Positions 60,241 to 64,000 of a DNA stretch of 64,000 bases are shown here, piece by piece (position 1 is the stretch's first letter; every line of letters starts with the position of its first letter). This DNA is from Basidiobolus meristosporus CBS 931.73 (Eukaryota; Fungi; Basidiobolomycota): NCBI GenBank assembly GCA_002104905.1, contig MCFE01000064.1:127283-191282 (forward strand), read 5' to 3'. The notes under the pieces were generated by a model. The model was given only the letters and a program-made list of their open reading frames with translations. It was not told where the DNA came from and did no database searches. A program made the position numbers and the translations under genes.

Positions 60241-60690
60241 CTCAGGGTTAGGGGAGGGAAAGTCACCAAAGTAGGTGAAATCTTTATTTGATTTCAGACA
60301 AGTCTAACTACAAATAAAGAAGCCAGCTGGGAATAGAAGATTCCCAAAGTAAACACTAAGTTGAATATGAATAAATCTAAGCTAAAGTTAAGGCAGTATC
60401 CCAGAGTACACTGGAGTTCAGGTTCATGGGGGAGTGAAGTAGATAAGCTTGAGAGATATAATAATCTTTTAAGGAGTGGGTAACAGCAGATGAAGGGGAG
60501 TTTTTGATAAGTGAAGTGAATCTTGAGATCAGAGATTCCTCTAATGAGAAGGTCTTGTAAACTGGAGAATCAGGAAACTCTTTGAAGGCATGGTCAGTAG
60601 GTTCCCAGTAAAACTGGTCAGAGACATTTTGAGAGAATTGCTTAGCAATACTTTTGTCAAGTACTACCTCCAGAGTGTGATGGTTGATAA
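60241..60690 (-). mobile_element. Family B 3' fragment with an unrelated 104-codon open frame (60377-60691)
   Basis: Same terminal hairpin signature; the first ~100 nt also occur at 59157-59261; manual translation LINHHTLEVVLDKS...WDTALTLA shows no similarity to the RT C-terminus. Confidence 0.7.
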
Positions 60691-60794
60691 GGGTTAGGGG
60701 GGGGGGAGGAAAGTCACCAAGTGGTGAAATCTTTATTTACTTATGACAAGTATCTAAAGAAGCCAAGTTAATCTGAAGTTATTCCTAGAAAGCT

Positions 60795-61721
60795 AGGGTT
60801 AGGGGGGAGACAGTCACCAACAGGTGAAATCTTTATTTCAGTTGAAACAAAGAAGCCAGCGCTACTGTTGTAGCTTTGATACAAGAGTGTGTAGCTGAGG
60901 GGAATTTGTAGGTAAGTTAATAAGAAGTGATGATAGTTCTTCAGTGCTCAAGACACTGTTCAGTGGGAAGGGGGGTAGCAAGAGAGGTAAGAATGACTTG
61001 TGAACAACATTAATGAGGGGAATGTGATAAGGATTGAAATTCATCATAAAGGGAGTGTGCTGCTGCAGATATTGCTGCCAAAGGTCTGTCAAGTACTTCA
61101 GGTAGGCCAGCTTGGGTTTTTCTGACTGCAGAATATAGTGAGCAAACTTCTTGACTTCAGGATCTCCAAGTATAGTTCTCCAGCAGGAGTCAGGTGTAGT
61201 GTGGTGTGTTCTCTTCCAGGCCTTAATCAGTGGGTTGTTGCAGTTGTGAAGTCTGAGGTATAATCTGGTTCTAAGGTAGAGAAGTCTGATCTTATAGGGC
61301 ATAAACCCAAAAGCACCAAGAATAGCATGTCTGTAGGGGCATTCAGGCAAATGAGGCACCAAGGAGGTAATGCACCATACTGCAAACTTGTCAAGCTTAG
61401 TGCAGTCTCTAGAAGTAAGAGAGAGAAGTGGTAAGCCAAATTCCAGGACAGGGAAGACAAACTGCTTGAGTAGAAGGAGGCAGCTGGGAGCTGAAGTTGT
61501 AGGAGGAGTAACAGCCAGTAGCTTGTGGAGTGCCTGTCTTGCCAGGATAATTCTCTTCTTCAGGTGTGCTCCAGAGTCTAGTCCAGTAGGAAGGAAAGGA
61601 AAGCCAAGATATGTAGCAGAAACCTGAGCAGGTAGAGTGGAGTTCTCCAAGTTGATGGGAGAGCCCAAAGGTACTGTCTTTGCAATGGAAAGCTGGAGAT
61701 TATTCTTCTGCAGATACTGGT
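60795..61721 (-). mobile_element. Family A 5'-truncated copy
   Basis: ORF 60862-61746, nearly identical to the terminal copy. Confidence 0.93.
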
Positions 61722-62126
61722 GGGTTAGGGGGGAGACAGTCACCAACAGGTGAAATCTTTATTTCAGTTGAAACAAAGAAGCCAGCGCTACTGTTGTAGC
61801 TTTGATACAAGAGTGTGTAGCTGAGGGGAATTTGTAGGTAAGTTAATAAGAAGTGATGATAGCTCTTCAGTGCTCAAGACACTGTTCAGTGGGAAGGGGG
61901 GTAGCAAGAGAGGTAAGAATGACTTGTGAACAACATTAATGAGGGGAATGTGATAAGGATTGATATTCATCATAAATGGAGTGTGCTGCTGCAGATATTG
62001 CTGCCAAAGGTCTGTCAAGTACTTCAGGTAGGCCAGCTTGGGTTTTTCTGACTGCAGAATAAAGTGAGCAAACTTCTTGACTTCAGGATCTCCAAGTATA
62101 GTTCTCCAGCAGGAGCCAGGTGTTGT
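61722..62126 (-). mobile_element. Family A short 5'-truncated copy
   Basis: ORF 61788-62018, nearly identical to the terminal copy. Confidence 0.93.
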
Positions 62127-62169
62127 GGGTTAGGGGGGGAGACAGTCACCAACAGGTGAAATCTTTATT

Positions 62170-63811
62170 TCAGTTGAAACAAAGAAGCCAGCGCCACTGT
62201 TGTAGCTTTGATACAAGAGTGTGTAGCTGAGGGGAATTTGTAGGTAAGTTAATAAGAAGTGATGATAGTTCTTCAGTGCTCAAGACACTGTTCAGTGGGA
62301 AGGGGGGTAGCAAGAGAGGTAAGAATGACTTGTGAACAACATTAATGAGGGGAATGTGATAAGGATTGATATTCATCATAAAGGGAGTGTGCTGCTGCAG
62401 ATATTGCTGCCAAAGGTCTGTCAAGTACTTCAGGTAGGCCAGCTTGGGTTTTTCTGACTGCAGAATATAGTGAGCAAACTTCTTGACTTCAGGATCTCCA
62501 AGTATAGTTCTCCAGCAGGAGCCAGGTGTTGTGTGGTGTGTTCTCTTCCAGGGCTTAATCAGTGGGTTGTTGCAGTTGTGAAGTCTGAGGTATAATCTGG
62601 TTCTAAGGTAGAGAAGTCTGATCTTATAGGGCATAAACCCAAAAGCACCAAGAATAGCATGTCTGTAGGGGCATTCAGGCAAATGAGGCACCAAGGAGGT
62701 AATGCACCATACTGCAAACTTGTCAAGCTTAGTGCAGTCTCTAGAAGTAAGAGAGAGAAGTGGTAAGCCAAATTCCAGGACAGGGAAGACAAACTGCTTG
62801 AGTAGAAGGAGGCAGCTGGGAGCTGAAGTTGTAGGAGGAGTAACAGCCAGTAGCTTGTGGAGTGCCTGTCTTGCCAGGATAATTCTCTTCTTCAGGTGTG
62901 CTCCAGAGTCTAGTCCAGTAGGAAGGAAAGGAAAGCCAAGATATGTAGCAGAAACCTGAGCAGGTAGAGTGGAGTTCTCCAAGTTGATGGGAGAGCCCAA
63001 AGGTACTGTCTTTGCAATGGAAAGCTGGAGATTATTCTTCTGCAGATACTGGTGGATGGCCTGGGAGTCTTGTTGCACATTGGAGGAGGATATTCTGATG
63101 TCATCAGCAAAGAGAGTAACCAGGCAGTCAGCTGAGAGTCTTGGGAAATCATTCAGGAAGATGGCAAACAGTATAGGACCAAGCACAGAGCCTTGAACCA
63201 CTCCATTAGGAACTGAGAACACAGCTGATTGCTCACTTGGGTGCAGAATTCTTGCTTGTGGATCCAGAAACAGAGACCTGACAAGGAGGGTGAGAGAGGT
63301 ACTGGAGAAGCATTGCAACTTGGACCAAAGCAGATTTCTGTCAACTGAATCAAAGGCCTTAGTAATATCAAACAGAACAGAGGGATACTTGCACTGGAGA
63401 GAGTGATCTTGGCTAAGTATGACTGCATATTCCAAGGAGAGGCCAGGAACAAAGCCAAACTGCGCAGGATGAAACTTGAGAGAGTCAGAGTAGAGCTCCT
63501 GAGCAAGCAGAAGCTCAAACACCTTTCTGCAGGTGGGCAGCAGAGATATTGGCCTATAGGAGCTAGGATCCAGGTGCTTTCCTTTACCCTTGTACAGTGG
63601 CAGAACATTTGCAAAGGACCATTCCTCAGGAGTAGAAAGCTGGGCTGAGCATTGCTGAAACAGTGGAAGCAGAAGTGCAGACATGGCCTTGGTACTAGTC
63701 TTCAGAAGCTCATAGGAGATTGTGTCCACACCTGGAGCAGTAGAGTTGGGAAGCCTCTTGAGCACATTATGGATTCTCCTTTGATCAAGTGCAAGTGGGA
63801 TGGGCAGAGTC
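62170..63811 (-). CDS. LINE-type reverse transcriptase of the terminal family A copy, N-terminally cut by the telomere
   Basis: APGVD, YRPISLL, QFGF, FDITKAFDSV, GVVQGSVLGPILF, LFADD, YLG; open frame from the telomere junction to TGA at 62170; no REL endonuclease or RNase H motif downstream of the RT. Confidence 0.95.
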
Positions 63812-64000
63812 TTAGGGTTAGGGTTAGGGTTAGGGTTAGGGTTAGGGTTAGGGTTAGGGTTAGGGTTAGGGTTAGGGTTAGGGTTAGGGTTAGGGTTAGG
63901 GTTAGGGTTAGGGTTAGGGTTAGGGTTAGGGTTAGGGTTAGGGTTAGGGTTAGGGTTAGGGTTAGGGTTAGGGTTAGGGTTAGGGTTAGGGTTAGGGTTA
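63812..64000 (+). repeat. Telomeric (TTAGGG)n, ~31 units, to the window end
   Basis: Perfect TTAGGG array with the G-rich strand running 5' to 3' toward the end. Confidence 0.99.

Larger units (their letters stand above)
58082..63811 (-). mobile_element. Head-to-tail array of 5'-truncated telomere-associated non-LTR retroelements
   Basis: 12 copies of (AA/AC/AG)AGTCAC[C/T]-loop-[G/A]GTGAAAT on the + strand, each preceded by a G-rich telomere-like seed; all pieces share one orientation. Confidence 0.9.

Noticed and set aside
62170-63811. Possible telomerase (TERT) or Penelope-like RT
   Set aside because: Motifs (APGVD, YRPISLL, QFGF, GVVQGSVLGP, FADD) are LINE-type; no TERT T-motif or PLE-type signature seen

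Overview
Right-hand chromosome end of an early-diverging fungus (a Basidiobolus-like lineage is my inference from 58-100 nt introns, gene content and TTAGGG telomeres). From left to right: Ty1/copia debris (1-3900); a CpG-rich housekeeping block (eIF2-alpha, DDX21-like helicase, two PL14 lyases, AdoMetDC with a 1-nt frame break and a uORF, TRR1, Hst3/4-type sirtuin, RSM27, GST); a ~1.2 kb duplicated orphan-gene cassette flanking a nested copia cluster (22.5-31.6 kb); an intronless tandem array of five intact and one decayed APC/CAT amino-acid permeases; a secreted DUF3472-like plus chitin-binding fusion gene; a near full-length copia with TSD; and (TTAGGG)n from 63812. The main finding lies between 58082 and 63811: a head-to-tail stack of about 13 5'-truncated retroelement pieces, all with 5' ends toward the telomere. 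They carry a LINE-type (not Penelope-type) RT. They belong to at least four divergent sequence families that share one 3' signature (RNA sense AAUAAA, UCACC-loop-GGUGA hairpin, C-run, CCCUAA). They lack poly(A) tails and are joined by short TTAGGG seeds. This suggests telomere-primed end-addition alternating with telomerase. All coordinates, translations and alignments beyond the supplied ORF track were done by eye.
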